Positions 37,106-47,238 of a stretch of 64,000 nucleotides of DNA are shown piece by piece. The translations under genes and the position numbers were made by a program. Numbering within the stretch: position 1 is the stretch's first letter; every line of letters begins with the position of its first letter. Below the pieces are notes generated by a model. That model made no database searches, was not told where the DNA came from, and was given only the letters and a program-made list of their open reading frames with translations. Origin of the DNA: Sulfurimonas sp. (GTDB lineage Bacteria > Campylobacterota > Campylobacteria > Campylobacterales > Sulfurimonadaceae); contig JAOTSA010000001.1 of NCBI GenBank assembly GCA_030247515.1, positions 1,255 to 65,254 of the forward strand, given 5' to 3'.

Positions 37106-38002
37106 ATGAAAAAACATCGTGCCATCGCACTTTTGGTTACAGTTTTTTTCATCATAGCCATAAGTATCCCTTTGGGTATCTCGCTAAAACAGGTAAAAGA
37201 GGCTTCTGGCGAGGTCGCAAGCGAGATTTTTATGTTGCAAAGCACTTTGGTTGTGGAGGATGTCTTAAACATTTTAAAAAACTCAAAAGAGCTTGAAGCG
37301 GTTGTGCAGGAGAGTGATGTAAAGGCTTTGTGGCATTTTCTCTCCAAAGTTACTTTTATTCCATTTCAAAGCAATGGTTTGGAAGTGAGCATTGAGATAG
37401 CAAGCGCACGTTCAAAATTTAACCCAAACACGCTCTTGGAGACAAACACGACACATCCTCTAGGTCTATATCTGAGTAATTTTGATATAAAAGAGGATTA
37501 TGTCGCTCTCTTGCTTGATAACATTGGCGGTATAAAAGAAGATAACTCCTATAATAGCGATATATTTGAGCAAAATCCAACCCTTTTTCGGGACTACATC
37601 GTGTCGCAGAAACATTTAGATGAGATAAACAATTTTTACATGCAAAACAGCCATGAAAACGCTATCGCAAAGATAGATTTTGAAAAACTCTTCTACTTTT
37701 CTTCTCAAAAAAACTACTTTATAGATGTAAACTATGCGACAAAAGAGGTTTGGCGTTTGATGCTTGGATGTGGTGATGAGAGAGCAAAACAGCTCTTTAG
37801 CGGCGGCGGACTTTACGCAAAAGAGGAAGATTTGGCTTTGAGTGAAGCAGAGACGGAGATACTTAAGAGGTTTAAGACAACTTTTTATGAACCTCATCTG
37901 GATGTAAAGATTAGGATTGGCAGAAGCAACCAAAGTGCGTTTGTGAGATTTGAGTATGATATGAAAACTAAAAAGGGAAGCAATTTTGTTTATGAGATTT
38001 AA
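37106..38002 (+). CDS. gspK: T2SS GspK-like pseudopilin
   Basis: 'RAIALLVTVFFII' (GspK-type processing site), 'SKFNPN', 'IDVNYATKEV'. Confidence 0.7.
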   Translation: MKKHRAIALLVTVFFIIAISIPLGISLKQVKEASGEVASEIFMLQSTLVVEDVLNILKNSKELEAVVQESDVKALWHFLSKVTFIPFQSNGLEVSIEIASARSKFNPNTLLETNTTHPLGLYLSNFDIKEDYVALLLDNIGGIKEDNSYNSDIFEQNPTLFRDYIVSQKHLDEINNFYMQNSHENAIAKIDFEKLFYFSSQKNYFIDVNYATKEVWRLMLGCGDERAKQLFSGGGLYAKEEDLALSEAETEILKRFKTTFYEPHLDVKIRIGRSNQSAFVRFEYDMKTKKGSNFVYEI

Positions 38003-38915
38003 CAGCAAATACAAAACCATCTTTGTGGACCCTCAAATGGTTCATGGAGAGATTGAAGAGAAGGTAAACGTCATCTTGTCTCCCACACTCTACTGGGTAA
38101 AAAAAGTCACTCTGCCCATCAAATATATCGGAGATGTAAAAAAAATCCTGCCATCCATCTTTGAAGACATCCTGCCAGTGGGCAATTACAGCTACAACGC
38201 CTATAAAAAGGGAGAAGAGTTTTTTGTTTTTGCGTATGATGACAGACTTATCTTAGAGACACTTGCGCAAAGGGGCATCAGCACTTCAAACATAGCAAAT
38301 GTCTATCTTGCGCAGAGTGAATTTGCAAATTTTGAGGGTGCGTTTATGGTAAATGGGGCGCAAAGCATGTACCTCAAAGATGATGTACTCATCCTTGTTC
38401 CGAGTGCTTTTGTCAACAAGAGCGAGCCTTTGGATATGCAGAGTGTAGTTTTGTCGCCGCACGCCATCTCTCTTGCGCAGTTTGGGCATATCGTGGAGAC
38501 AAAAAGTTTTTATAAAATAGCCGCTATTTTTGCTCTGCTTATCTTTTTGCTTGCAGCTGAGTGGTTTGTAACGGTACAAAAAATAGATGATGTAGAGGAG
38601 CTAAAGGCAGCTCTTTTTACAAAAGAGGGTGCGAAATCTACCATGTTTGAGAATAATGCCATTCTTAAACAACAAAGAAGTATCCATCAAAAACAGACAA
38701 AACTTAGAGAGTGCATCTCTTTGGTTCTCTCCACGCAACTTGCCAAAAATGAGATACTCAAAGAGATAAAGATGAAAGATGGTGGTTTTATGGCAGAGTT
38801 TAGCGTACTCTCTCCCACAACAAGTGCCATGATAGAAAACGAACTAAAAAAGAGCGGCTTGAACTATAAGAGTGTAAAAGAGAGTGAATTTTGGCGTTTG
38901 GAGGTTTGGCTATGA
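37992..38915 (+). CDS. gspL: T2SS GspL-like protein
   Basis: Cytoplasmic actin-like N-terminus, single TM, periplasmic tail; operon position. Confidence 0.6.
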   Translation: MRFNSKYKTIFVDPQMVHGEIEEKVNVILSPTLYWVKKVTLPIKYIGDVKKILPSIFEDILPVGNYSYNAYKKGEEFFVFAYDDRLILETLAQRGISTSNIANVYLAQSEFANFEGAFMVNGAQSMYLKDDVLILVPSAFVNKSEPLDMQSVVLSPHAISLAQFGHIVETKSFYKIAAIFALLIFLLAAEWFVTVQKIDDVEELKAALFTKEGAKSTMFENNAILKQQRSIHQKQTKLRECISLVLSTQLAKNEILKEIKMKDGGFMAEFSVLSPTTSAMIENELKKSGLNYKSVKESEFWRLEVWL

Positions 38916-39319
38916 AGCGTTTAAACCCTCTGTATGTCGGAGTAGCGTTGGTCTCTTTACTTCTCTTTTTTGCCCTAAAACTCAGCGGTGTCAAAGAGGA
39001 GCTTGCACTTGCCAAAGAGGAGTACAAAGAGAGTGCGCTTGCCATAAATGAGTTAAGTTCTCTCAAAGGTGCTTATCTGGGTAAAGAGGAGGTAAAAAAA
39101 TCTTTGCAGAGGATTTTGACGCACTCTTCGCTCAAGGGTGCAAATATTGAACAAAAACTAAAAACCAACTCCATCATGCTAAGTGCCTCAAGTATTGACA
39201 AAGAGTCGCTCAACTCACTCATGAGCAAACTTTTAAACGGTGCGTATGAGATAGGCACTCTAAATATAAAAAAGCTTAGCGACAATAAAGCAAGCCTTGA
39301 AGTGGAGATACAATGGTAG
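38912..39319 (+). CDS. gspM: T2SS GspM-like protein
   Basis: N-terminal TM, coiled coil and ferredoxin-like tail; position after gspL. Confidence 0.55.
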   Translation: MKRLNPLYVGVALVSLLLFFALKLSGVKEELALAKEEYKESALAINELSSLKGAYLGKEEVKKSLQRILTHSSLKGANIEQKLKTNSIMLSASSIDKESLNSLMSKLLNGAYEIGTLNIKKLSDNKASLEVEIQW

Positions 39320-39846
39320 GGAGATTTTTGAGATTTTTCGCATATTTTGCGTTTTTTGTTTTAGCACTAATCTTTTTTGCCCCAAAAGCTGGAATGTACT
39401 ATCTTTTAGAACATGAACTAAAAACTTATGATGTTCTCATCTCTGGCGAAACACTCCAAGAGAGTGGTTTTGGTCTGAACATAAAAGATGCCCATGTTTT
39501 TGTAAAGTCCATAGAGGGTGCGGCTATAAAAGAGTGTGACATCACACTTCTGCTTCTTTACAACACCATAAACGCAAAGGAGATTACGCTCTCTCAAAGT
39601 CTCAAATCTTTTGTGCCGCTCAAAATAGATACCGTGCAAATTTCGCATACTATCTTAAACCCACTTCACATAAAACTCCACGCAGATGGTGAGTTTGGCA
39701 GAGCGGAGGTCTCTTTGCATATTTTTGAAAAAACTCTTCATGCAGAGTTGATGCCCTCTGAAATCATGAACAAAGAGTACAAAAACTCACTCACGGAGTT
39801 CACAAAATCAGAAAATGGAGGATTGGTGTATGATAAAAGTTTCTAA
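39313..39846 (+). CDS. gspN: T2SS GspN-like protein
   Basis: N-terminal TM 'LIFFAPK' and beta-rich body; position. Confidence 0.5.
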   Translation: MVGRFLRFFAYFAFFVLALIFFAPKAGMYYLLEHELKTYDVLISGETLQESGFGLNIKDAHVFVKSIEGAAIKECDITLLLLYNTINAKEITLSQSLKSFVPLKIDTVQISHTILNPLHIKLHADGEFGRAEVSLHIFEKTLHAELMPSEIMNKEYKNSLTEFTKSENGGLVYDKSF

Positions 39847-40642
39847 CTCTCCATTTTTACAGATTTTTGCAAAACTGCTTCTGCTTCTTGTTGCGGCAAA
39901 GGGCGTTTCACTTCTGTTGTTATGGTTGTTGCCAAGCGATGGCGTTGAGCTTGCTATGCAAAAAAACTATAAGCCAAAATACCAAAAAGTAGAGTTTGAA
40001 AACATGATACGCTCGCCTTTTGGCATGCAAGAAAAAGGGACATCCCAAAGTGTCTCAAACACAACAAACATCACAAATATGGTACTAAAGGGACTTTACG
40101 GCAAAGGAAAATATGGCTATATCATAGTCGCACTTAAAGAGTCTGCCGACAAAACCTCTATCGTTGCAGTGGGTGAAGAGTTTTTGGGCTTTACGCTTCA
40201 CTCTATTGCGCCGATGAGTGTCATATTTACAAAAGTGGGCAGGGAATATACTCTTGAACTTGAAAAAACTCCATCAAGCGGTACTCTCTTTAAGCGTGAA
40301 AATGGGGCTTGTAGCGAGGGAGTTGCGCCAAAGAGCATATTGAGGGATGATATAGCCCTATATATAAAAAATCCTCAAGAGATTTGGAAGGAGATTTCCA
40401 TTGTTGAGGTAAAAAATGGTGAAGAGATAGAGGGTTTTAGGGTCACAAGAGTAGCTAAAAATTCAAAAATTGCATCATTGGGATTGCAAAAGGGCGATGT
40501 TATCATCAAAGCAAACAACACCCAGCTAAAATCATACAAAGATGTTATGGAAGTTTATAGCAGTTTAGACAAATCAGAAGCGGTTCAGATGGTTGTTTTG
40601 CGAGAAAATCAAGAAGTGGAGTTGGTATATGAGATTCATTAA
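39830..40642 (+). CDS. gspC: T2SS GspC-like protein with PDZ domain
   Basis: TM, HR-like domain, PDZ 'GFRVTRV...LGLQKGDVIIKANN'. Confidence 0.75.
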   Translation: MIKVSNSPFLQIFAKLLLLLVAAKGVSLLLLWLLPSDGVELAMQKNYKPKYQKVEFENMIRSPFGMQEKGTSQSVSNTTNITNMVLKGLYGKGKYGYIIVALKESADKTSIVAVGEEFLGFTLHSIAPMSVIFTKVGREYTLELEKTPSSGTLFKRENGACSEGVAPKSILRDDIALYIKNPQEIWKEISIVEVKNGEEIEGFRVTRVAKNSKIASLGLQKGDVIIKANNTQLKSYKDVMEVYSSLDKSEAVQMVVLRENQEVELVYEIH

Positions 40643-42473
40643 GGCAATTTTTTTAACAGTAGTGTTTGTTCTAAGTTTATCGGCACGAGAAGAGGTAAAT
40701 GTCAACTTCTCTAACCTTGAGATTGGCGATTTTATCAAACTTGTCTCAAAAATCACAAACAAAAATATACTTGTAAACAACAAAGTCAGCGGCACGGTAG
40801 ATTTTATAAGTGCAACGCCTATTTATGATGATGAGCTTATGAGCATTCTTGTCTCTGTTTTGGAGTCAAAAGGTTTTACGCTTGTAGAAGACGGCTCTTT
40901 GTATGAGATAGTCCGAGCATCCGATGCAGCACAGCATAACGCAAGAGTCGTCCGCCCTGAAGTAAGAGTGGGTGGCTCTTTGATGGTGACGCAGGCGATT
41001 GTGGTAAAGGGCGAAAATGTCGATGTTGTTGCCGCAAAAATCCGCTATCTCATCTCCAAAAATGCCAAACTTATGACGATGAAAGAGAGCAACACCATGC
41101 TCATAACGGACTATCCAAAAAACATCGAAACCATCAAACAAGTCATCGGCGATATAGATACAAACAGTGCGATGATAGTAAAAATAGTCCCCATCAAAAA
41201 CACAGAGGGGAAAAAACTTCAGGCAAAATTAGCCGATATCAGCAAATCTATCTTCAATGAAAAAATAGATACGGAAGCGGTAAAAATCATCCATGATGAG
41301 AGTACGAACTCCATTATCGTTGTCGGAAACCAAAAAAATGTAAAAAAAGTTCAGGAGTTGATTGGAAGGCTTGATGTTGAATCCAACAATGCAAACTCTC
41401 TGCAACTCTTTACTCTTAAAAATTCAGATGCAAAAACAGTGCTTGCAACACTTAACGATATCGTCTCAAAGCAAACTTTCTTAGACCCAGCCATGAAGCC
41501 AAACATCTCTTCAAACGAGGAGATAAACGCTATCATAGTTGTAGGCGACCCGCAGGTTGTAAAGAGTATAAAAACACTTGTTGATGAGCTTGACAAAGAG
41601 AAATATCAGGTCTATGTGCAGGCAAGAATCATAAATATCTATAAGAAAAATGCGCTTGATTTGGGCATAAAATACGGATTTGACGGTGCCGCCGTCTCTT
41701 CTAGCGGGGGCTTATACTCACTCTCAACAAGCCTTGGCGGAAGCTCTATGCCACTGTCTGAAAAACTATATGGGTTTGTCTCAACTCCCGCTGATTTGGG
41801 GCGTGCGTTTGCTCTTGGTGCGGCGATTGACTTTTTAGAGAAAAATGATGCTTCCAAATCCATCTCCAACCCCTCAATCTTGTGCGTAAACAACAAAGAG
41901 TCCTCCATCTATGTCGGACAGACTATCTCTATCTCAACGGGAAGTATCTCAAACTCAACTCTTGGCGGCGGGCTGACAAGCAGCTATAAAAGAGAGGATG
42001 TCGGTTTGACGCTAAAAATCAAGCCCCGTGTTTCAGAAAAAGACAAAGTTACTTTAGAGGTGGAGACTGTTTTAGAAAATGTTGACAGTTACGGCAATGT
42101 ACTTACGGGAGAGCAGCCTGTAACGTCCAAACAAGAGGTAAAAACGCAGACAATTTTACGCCATGGAGAGAGCGTAATCATCGGTGGACTTGTCAAAAAC
42201 ACTACAAGCAACAAGGTCGATAAGATACCTCTTCTTGGCGATATCCCGCTTATCGGAGAGTACCTCTTTACATCGACTTCCAAAAGTGATGAAGAGACAA
42301 ATCTGGTCGTTGTTTTGACGCCTTACGTGATTGATAAAAGCTCCCAGCTCTCTAAGCTTCAAGAGGAGCTTGGTTTGGTTGCAAAACTGCAACAAGATTA
42401 CAACATAGAGGCGTTTGAAAAACTGGAAAAAAATGCAAAGAAAAAGCAACAACCATCCGAGGCAAAAGAGTAA
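40629..42473 (+). CDS. gspD: T2SS secretin
   Basis: N0 'VNFSNLEIGDFIKLVS', secretin 'QVYVQARI', 'REDVGLTLKIKP', 'KIPLLGDIPLIGEYLF'. Confidence 0.95.
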   Translation: MRFIKAIFLTVVFVLSLSAREEVNVNFSNLEIGDFIKLVSKITNKNILVNNKVSGTVDFISATPIYDDELMSILVSVLESKGFTLVEDGSLYEIVRASDAAQHNARVVRPEVRVGGSLMVTQAIVVKGENVDVVAAKIRYLISKNAKLMTMKESNTMLITDYPKNIETIKQVIGDIDTNSAMIVKIVPIKNTEGKKLQAKLADISKSIFNEKIDTEAVKIIHDESTNSIIVVGNQKNVKKVQELIGRLDVESNNANSLQLFTLKNSDAKTVLATLNDIVSKQTFLDPAMKPNISSNEEINAIIVVGDPQVVKSIKTLVDELDKEKYQVYVQARIINIYKKNALDLGIKYGFDGAAVSSSGGLYSLSTSLGGSSMPLSEKLYGFVSTPADLGRAFALGAAIDFLEKNDASKSISNPSILCVNNKESSIYVGQTISISTGSISNSTLGGGLTSSYKREDVGLTLKIKPRVSEKDKVTLEVETVLENVDSYGNVLTGEQPVTSKQEVKTQTILRHGESVIIGGLVKNTTSNKVDKIPLLGDIPLIGEYLFTSTSKSDEETNLVVVLTPYVIDKSSQLSKLQEELGLVAKLQQDYNIEAFEKLEKNAKKKQQPSEAKE

Positions 42474-43990
42474 TGCTAAACCTCGAACCTCTGCACAATC
42501 TCAAACTTGAAGTAAGTGAAGTTGAAGGGCTAAACACAGAACTTTGTCTGAAAAACTATCTGCTTTTTTCAGAGCTTCACGGAGAAGTCGCCGCATTTAT
42601 GTGTGAACGCTATCTTGTTGAGGCGAGTAACTACTACACAAAACTAGCGCAAAAATTTCCTCTTTATATCCTTGATGAAGACTCATACGACAGGCTTTAC
42701 AACCGCTTTTTGGAGCTTAGAACAGATAAAACAATGGAGCGCATGCAAGAGGAGGGTCATGGCAAAACAGAGGATGAAGATATCTCTTTGACCGATTTTT
42801 TGCGAACCTCTTCAGATATTCTTACAAGTGAAGAGTCTGCACCCATCATCAAGTTTGTAAATGCTCTTTTTTATCAAGCTATCAAAAAGCGTGCCTCGGA
42901 TATCCATATAGAGGTGCAGGAAAAACGTGGTGAAGTCCGTTTTCGTATCGACGGTATGCTTCTCAAAAATGCAGATTTGGACAAAAAAGTTGTCAATCTC
43001 ATCATCAGCCGCATAAAAGTTATCTCCAACCTCGATATCTCCGAAAAACGCATCCCTCAAGACGGGCGCACACAGATAAAGATTGCGGGCGAATCGCTTG
43101 ACGTGCGTGTCTCTGTTCTGCCGACTTTTTATGGAGAGAGAGTGGTTATGAGACTGCTTATGCAAAGCTCTCAGATACCCAGCATTGATGAGCTGGGCTT
43201 TAACAACAAACTTATAGGCGATATGAAAAAACTCTTACGCTCCTCTCATGGCATCATTTTGGTAACAGGACCAACGGGGAGCGGCAAAACAACCTCTCTT
43301 CACTCATTTTTGCGTGAAGTAGAATCGCCAGAACTCAACCTTATAACAGTTGAAGACCCAGTGGAGTACAAATCTGACAATATCTCGCAAATTCAGGTAA
43401 ATGAGAAAGTGGGACTAACTTTTGCATCTGCACTCCGTTCCATTTTGCGTCAAGACCCTGATGTTATCATGATAGGAGAGATTCGTGACGAGGAGACGGC
43501 GAGCATTGCCGTACGTGCCGCACTTACGGGTCATTTGGTTTTCTCAACTCTACATACAAACTCCGCTGCCGCAACCATCTCAAGGCTTACCGACATGGGA
43601 GTAGAACCGTTTCTCATCTCCTCCTCGCTCCTTGGCATCTTAGCGCAAAGACTTGTCCGTATCTTGTGTGATGAGTGCAAGGAAGAGGACGCTATCGCCA
43701 AAGAGTTTGCAGATGATTATAAACTTGCAAGCGGTGCGAAAATTTACAAGGCATGCGGATGCAAAGCGTGTAAATACAGCGGTTACACAGGTCGCCGCTC
43801 TATCGGAGAACTTCTGGTCATGAGTGACAAAGTGCGTGATTTGCTCAAAACAACAACAGACGAACACTCCATCCAAAAGGCACTTCAAGCAGATGGGCTT
43901 CAAAGCATAGCAACACAATTACGACAGATGCTCTTAGCGGGTCAAACCTCCTTAGATGAAGCTATACGCATCGGCTTAGGGCATGCGTAA
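42473..43990 (+). CDS. gspE: T2SS assembly ATPase
   Basis: 'ASDIHIE', Walker A 'GPTGSGKT', 'LRQDPDVIMIGEIRD', tetra-Cys motif. Confidence 0.97.
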   Translation: MLNLEPLHNLKLEVSEVEGLNTELCLKNYLLFSELHGEVAAFMCERYLVEASNYYTKLAQKFPLYILDEDSYDRLYNRFLELRTDKTMERMQEEGHGKTEDEDISLTDFLRTSSDILTSEESAPIIKFVNALFYQAIKKRASDIHIEVQEKRGEVRFRIDGMLLKNADLDKKVVNLIISRIKVISNLDISEKRIPQDGRTQIKIAGESLDVRVSVLPTFYGERVVMRLLMQSSQIPSIDELGFNNKLIGDMKKLLRSSHGIILVTGPTGSGKTTSLHSFLREVESPELNLITVEDPVEYKSDNISQIQVNEKVGLTFASALRSILRQDPDVIMIGEIRDEETASIAVRAALTGHLVFSTLHTNSAAATISRLTDMGVEPFLISSSLLGILAQRLVRILCDECKEEDAIAKEFADDYKLASGAKIYKACGCKACKYSGYTGRRSIGELLVMSDKVRDLLKTTTDEHSIQKALQADGLQSIATQLRQMLLAGQTSLDEAIRIGLGHA

Positions 43991-44372
43991 AGGTTTTACT
44001 CTTATAGAGGTTATGATTGCAGGGATGATAATCTCTGTAGTCATTTTGGGGCTTATACAGCTCTTTGCAAACAATACGCACACTTTTATGCAACTGGATA
44101 AGAAAGTTCACCACAACCACTATCTCTCTGCACTTTTGGCAACTCAAAAGTATGGTTTTGAAAGCAAAACAACAACAATGCATGAACTCTTAAATGAGTT
44201 TGATATGGAAGATGATTTAAGGCGTGAATTGAAAAATATAAAAGTTGATTTGGCATATCAGAAGCTTGAAGTAGTTGATTTGAAAAAGTCAGATATGGTT
44301 TTTGAGATAGGCAAAAGTCTCTTAAAGTTTGACGATACGTCTCTTTCGCTCATACGGGTAAAACTTCAATGA
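43983..44372 (+). CDS. gspI: T2SS minor pseudopilin (GspI-like)
   Basis: 'GFTLIEVMIA' N-methylation motif; 129 aa. Confidence 0.65.
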   Translation: MRKGFTLIEVMIAGMIISVVILGLIQLFANNTHTFMQLDKKVHHNHYLSALLATQKYGFESKTTTMHELLNEFDMEDDLRRELKNIKVDLAYQKLEVVDLKKSDMVFEIGKSLLKFDDTSLSLIRVKLQ

Positions 44373-44899
44373 GAAGGGCGTTTACGCTTATAGAGATGAT
44401 GGTTTCCATCACTATTTTAGCCATTATGATGGTTTACCTCTACCAAAGTTACGCTTCACTCAACAGCTCAAACACACTGCTCCAAAGGGCAACCGACAAC
44501 ATAAAAGAGATAGAACTTAAAAAGAGAGTTGTTTTTTTGGATTTCTCTTTAGCTCTAAAAAGCGACGCAAAAGGTCATCTGAACATACTCAACCAAAGCG
44601 CAGAGGAAGATGTAGTTGTTATGCAAAGTAGCCACTCTCTGCACAAGCGTCACAACCCTTACGTGGGGTATCTGGTAAAAAATAAAAAACTTTACCGCAT
44701 AGAATCGCTCAAGCCTTTAAACAGATATCCTTTGGGAGTTGAGAGCGAATTTGAAGCAGATATGCTCGGAGAGGTAAAGAGTTTTAGAGTTTATAAAAAC
44801 AAGCCAAAAGAAGATAACGCTTCAGAGGCTTATTTGGTTCATATAGATTTTGAAAAAGAGGAAGATATTTTACTCAAGGTAAAAATGCTTAACCAGTAG
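44369..44899 (+). CDS. gspJ: T2SS minor pseudopilin (GspJ-like)
   Basis: 'AFTLIEMMVSITIL' motif; follows gspI. Confidence 0.7.
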   Translation: MRRAFTLIEMMVSITILAIMMVYLYQSYASLNSSNTLLQRATDNIKEIELKKRVVFLDFSLALKSDAKGHLNILNQSAEEDVVVMQSSHSLHKRHNPYVGYLVKNKKLYRIESLKPLNRYPLGVESEFEADMLGEVKSFRVYKNKPKEDNASEAYLVHIDFEKEEDILLKVKMLNQ

Positions 44900-44918
44900 T
44901 GCTAAACCAAAAAGAGAG

Positions 44919-45890
44919 TTACTCTTTTGGCTCTAACTTGCTTTTTGCTGATTTGATGGCAGTTCCAAGTGCAGTTTTGGCGATTCCCCAAGCTTCAATC
45001 CCTACTCTTTTTGCCTCTTTTGCAGTTTCAGATTTGAGCGCAGTGTCTGCTTTTTTAACCGCAGTTTTTGCCAAAGTAGAAAACCTGTCTCTCATGACAC
45101 CCGCCGTCTCTTTAGAGATATGGATAAGCTCTTCAAGGTCATAGCGCATCTTTTTGTTAAGCTCTAAAAGAATTTTTCCTATGACGGGGTCACTCTCATT
45201 CGCCTGTGTCTGAACAACTTGTAAAAAGAGCGTGTCAGTCTGGTTCAAATCCTCCATAATAGTGTCATAATCTTCTATAAGAATATGTTTTGCTTCAAGC
45301 GGCATGTATGCTAGTCTTCTTTTAAATCTATCAATCGACTCAAGTAAACCTGCTCTCATCCCTCTTAGAGTTGCTTCCAAAATATCCTCAGAGATATTTG
45401 GCGATGCCTCTGCAATCTCTATGCTTGAGTGCAAGATGGTAGAGAGGATTTTTCTTACACGTATGGTGTTAAGAGTTCCCTCTTTGATAGTTTCAAAAGT
45501 CAGCTCACGCACTATCTCTTGAATCATATTTTTTGCTTCAGAATCCTTTGACTTCTCAAGCGCCGTGATGATAGCTCCCTCAACAGTCTCGCTCAGTATA
45601 TCAAAAAGGTCAATAGACTGAAGCTTTGCTTGATGCAGTTTTGAGAGTGTAAGCGCATCATCTTTTTCGATAAGAGACTCAATCTCATCAAAAATCGCAT
45701 ATTTTGCCTCTTGAAGTTCACTCTGTTTTTTTTGAATGTTTTTTTCAAGAAGCTCTTTTTGTACCAAAAGTTCAGCAAGTGTGTCGTGCAGCTCTTTTGT
45801 TTTCGCCCCTACAATACTCTCTGTAACCTCTTTGATCTCATGCAGATCCATATTTTTAAACGCTATTGTGTGCAACTCTTGTAAACTCAT
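44919..45890 (-). CDS. Conserved helical hypothetical protein (DUF6781-like)
   Basis: 323 aa coiled-coil-rich ORF; 'VRELTFETIKEG.LNTIRVRKIL'. Confidence 0.55.
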   Translation of the reverse strand: MSLQELHTIAFKNMDLHEIKEVTESIVGAKTKELHDTLAELLVQKELLEKNIQKKQSELQEAKYAIFDEIESLIEKDDALTLSKLHQAKLQSIDLFDILSETVEGAIITALEKSKDSEAKNMIQEIVRELTFETIKEGTLNTIRVRKILSTILHSSIEIAEASPNISEDILEATLRGMRAGLLESIDRFKRRLAYMPLEAKHILIEDYDTIMEDLNQTDTLFLQVVQTQANESDPVIGKILLELNKKMRYDLEELIHISKETAGVMRDRFSTLAKTAVKKADTALKSETAKEAKRVGIEAWGIAKTALGTAIKSAKSKLEPKE

Positions 45891-45902
45891 TGTAAACTCC
45901 TT

Positions 45903-46172
45903 TTAAAGTACCATTTTTATTTGTTGATGCGCTTTTAATGCCTCATAGATGAAGTTTCTATCATCTTCGTTGTGGACAAGCATGTCAAGATTCATGCTTA
46001 CATACTTGCCGCTTTTAGAATTTTTTGAGTGCGAGAGTTTGTGTTCTCTTTCACTGATAACATCCCGAATCGCCTGCTTCAAAGCCTCCACTTCACTAGA
46101 TATAAGCTTATATGACCAGCTACATGGATACTCAAGTTCTAGTTTTTGGTCTCTAGCGTTTAAAATCTCCAC
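45903..46172 (-). CDS. DUF493 / YbeD (HP0495) family protein
   Basis: '[10 protein letters not shown]', 'SKSGKYVSM', '[13 protein letters not shown]'. Confidence 0.9.
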   Translation of the reverse strand: MEILNARDQKLELEYPCSWSYKLISSEVEALKQAIRDVISEREHKLSHSKNSKSGKYVSMNLDMLVHNEDDRNFIYEALKAHQQIKMVL

Positions 46173-46623
46173 TTTTCCCTCCTGACTTTTCTTCTAACTG
46201 TACGTTGCGGATAATCATCCCCTTGTCAATCGCTTTGACCATATCATAAATAGTTAAAAGCCCTATGCTCACTCCCGTCAGTGCTTCCATCTCCACTCCA
46301 GTTTGCCCCGTAAGCTTTGCAGTAACTGTGAGCTTAAACCCAGGAAGTTCACTAAGCTCTTCAACATCGCAGTTAATCCCACTTAAGTTGAGCGGATGGC
46401 ACATCGGTATGAGTTCACTCGTCTTTTTTGTCCCCATGATAGCGGCGATTACCGCTGTTTGAAGCACAGGTCCTTTTTTTGTTTTTTGGCTCACGATAGC
46501 ATCATAAGCATCTTGGCTCATCTCTATGATACCGCTAGCAACAGCAACACGAGTGGTAGAGTTTTTTTCACTCACATCGACCATTTTTGGTCTATCTTTC
46601 TCATCTAAATGGGTTAAGTTCAT
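46153..46623 (-). CDS. moaC: Cyclic pyranopterin monophosphate synthase
   Basis: 'THLDE...MVDVSEK', 'LIPMCHP', 'GVEMEAL', 'IYDMVKAID', 'KSGGKSG'. Confidence 0.98.
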   Translation of the reverse strand: MNLTHLDEKDRPKMVDVSEKNSTTRVAVASGIIEMSQDAYDAIVSQKTKKGPVLQTAVIAAIMGTKKTSELIPMCHPLNLSGINCDVEELSELPGFKLTVTAKLTGQTGVEMEALTGVSIGLLTIYDMVKAIDKGMIIRNVQLEEKSGGKSGDFKR

Positions 46624-46650
46624 CTTTTTTCCAATTGAAATTTATCTTTA

Positions 46651-47238
46651 TTATAACCTATCGTTAGCCAATTTTGCTAATGCCTCTTTATACTCATGCG
46701 GATGGTTGAGGTTTAAAAACGGCTTTTCATCTTCAAAATCAACAAACAGAGTTTTTGCACTTTTTAGCAAAAATCCAAGTTTATGATTATTTTCTTGAAG
46801 CATCATCTCAAATTTTGGTGCTAGTGTGCGGTGATAGATACCGCACATAGGCTGAATGCCGCTTTGAGTTGCGGCGATAGTTGCATCATTATCTGCCGTG
46901 TCTGCATCTAAAAGCTTTTCTATCTCACTTTTAGAGACAAATGGAGTGTCAACACTAATTGCAAAAAATCTATCGCATTTTAAAGTCTCAAAAATAGCTA
47001 CAAATCCCGCCGTGGGTGCATAAGTCAAAGAGGTTTTGGCATCTTCTATAAAAGAGGCTTGAAAATGAAATTTTGATTTGTCTTTGCAAGATATATATAC
47101 ATTTTTGAAAATTTTTGAGAGATGATGGAGTTGAAACTCTGTTAGTGTGGAGAAAGAGCCAAAAGGGAGAAGAGATTTGTCCTCTCCCATCCGACTTGAT
47201 TTGCCACCTGCAAAGATAATGCAAGGGATGTCAAACAT
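46651..47238 (-). CDS. mobA: Molybdenum cofactor guanylyltransferase
   Basis: '[13 protein letters not shown]', 'SVDTPF', 'NLNHPHEY'. Confidence 0.93.
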   Translation of the reverse strand: MFDIPCIIFAGGKSSRMGEDKSLLPFGSFSTLTEFQLHHLSKIFKNVYISCKDKSKFHFQASFIEDAKTSLTYAPTAGFVAIFETLKCDRFFAISVDTPFVSKSEIEKLLDADTADNDATIAATQSGIQPMCGIYHRTLAPKFEMMLQENNHKLGFLLKSAKTLFVDFEDEKPFLNLNHPHEYKEALAKLANDRL

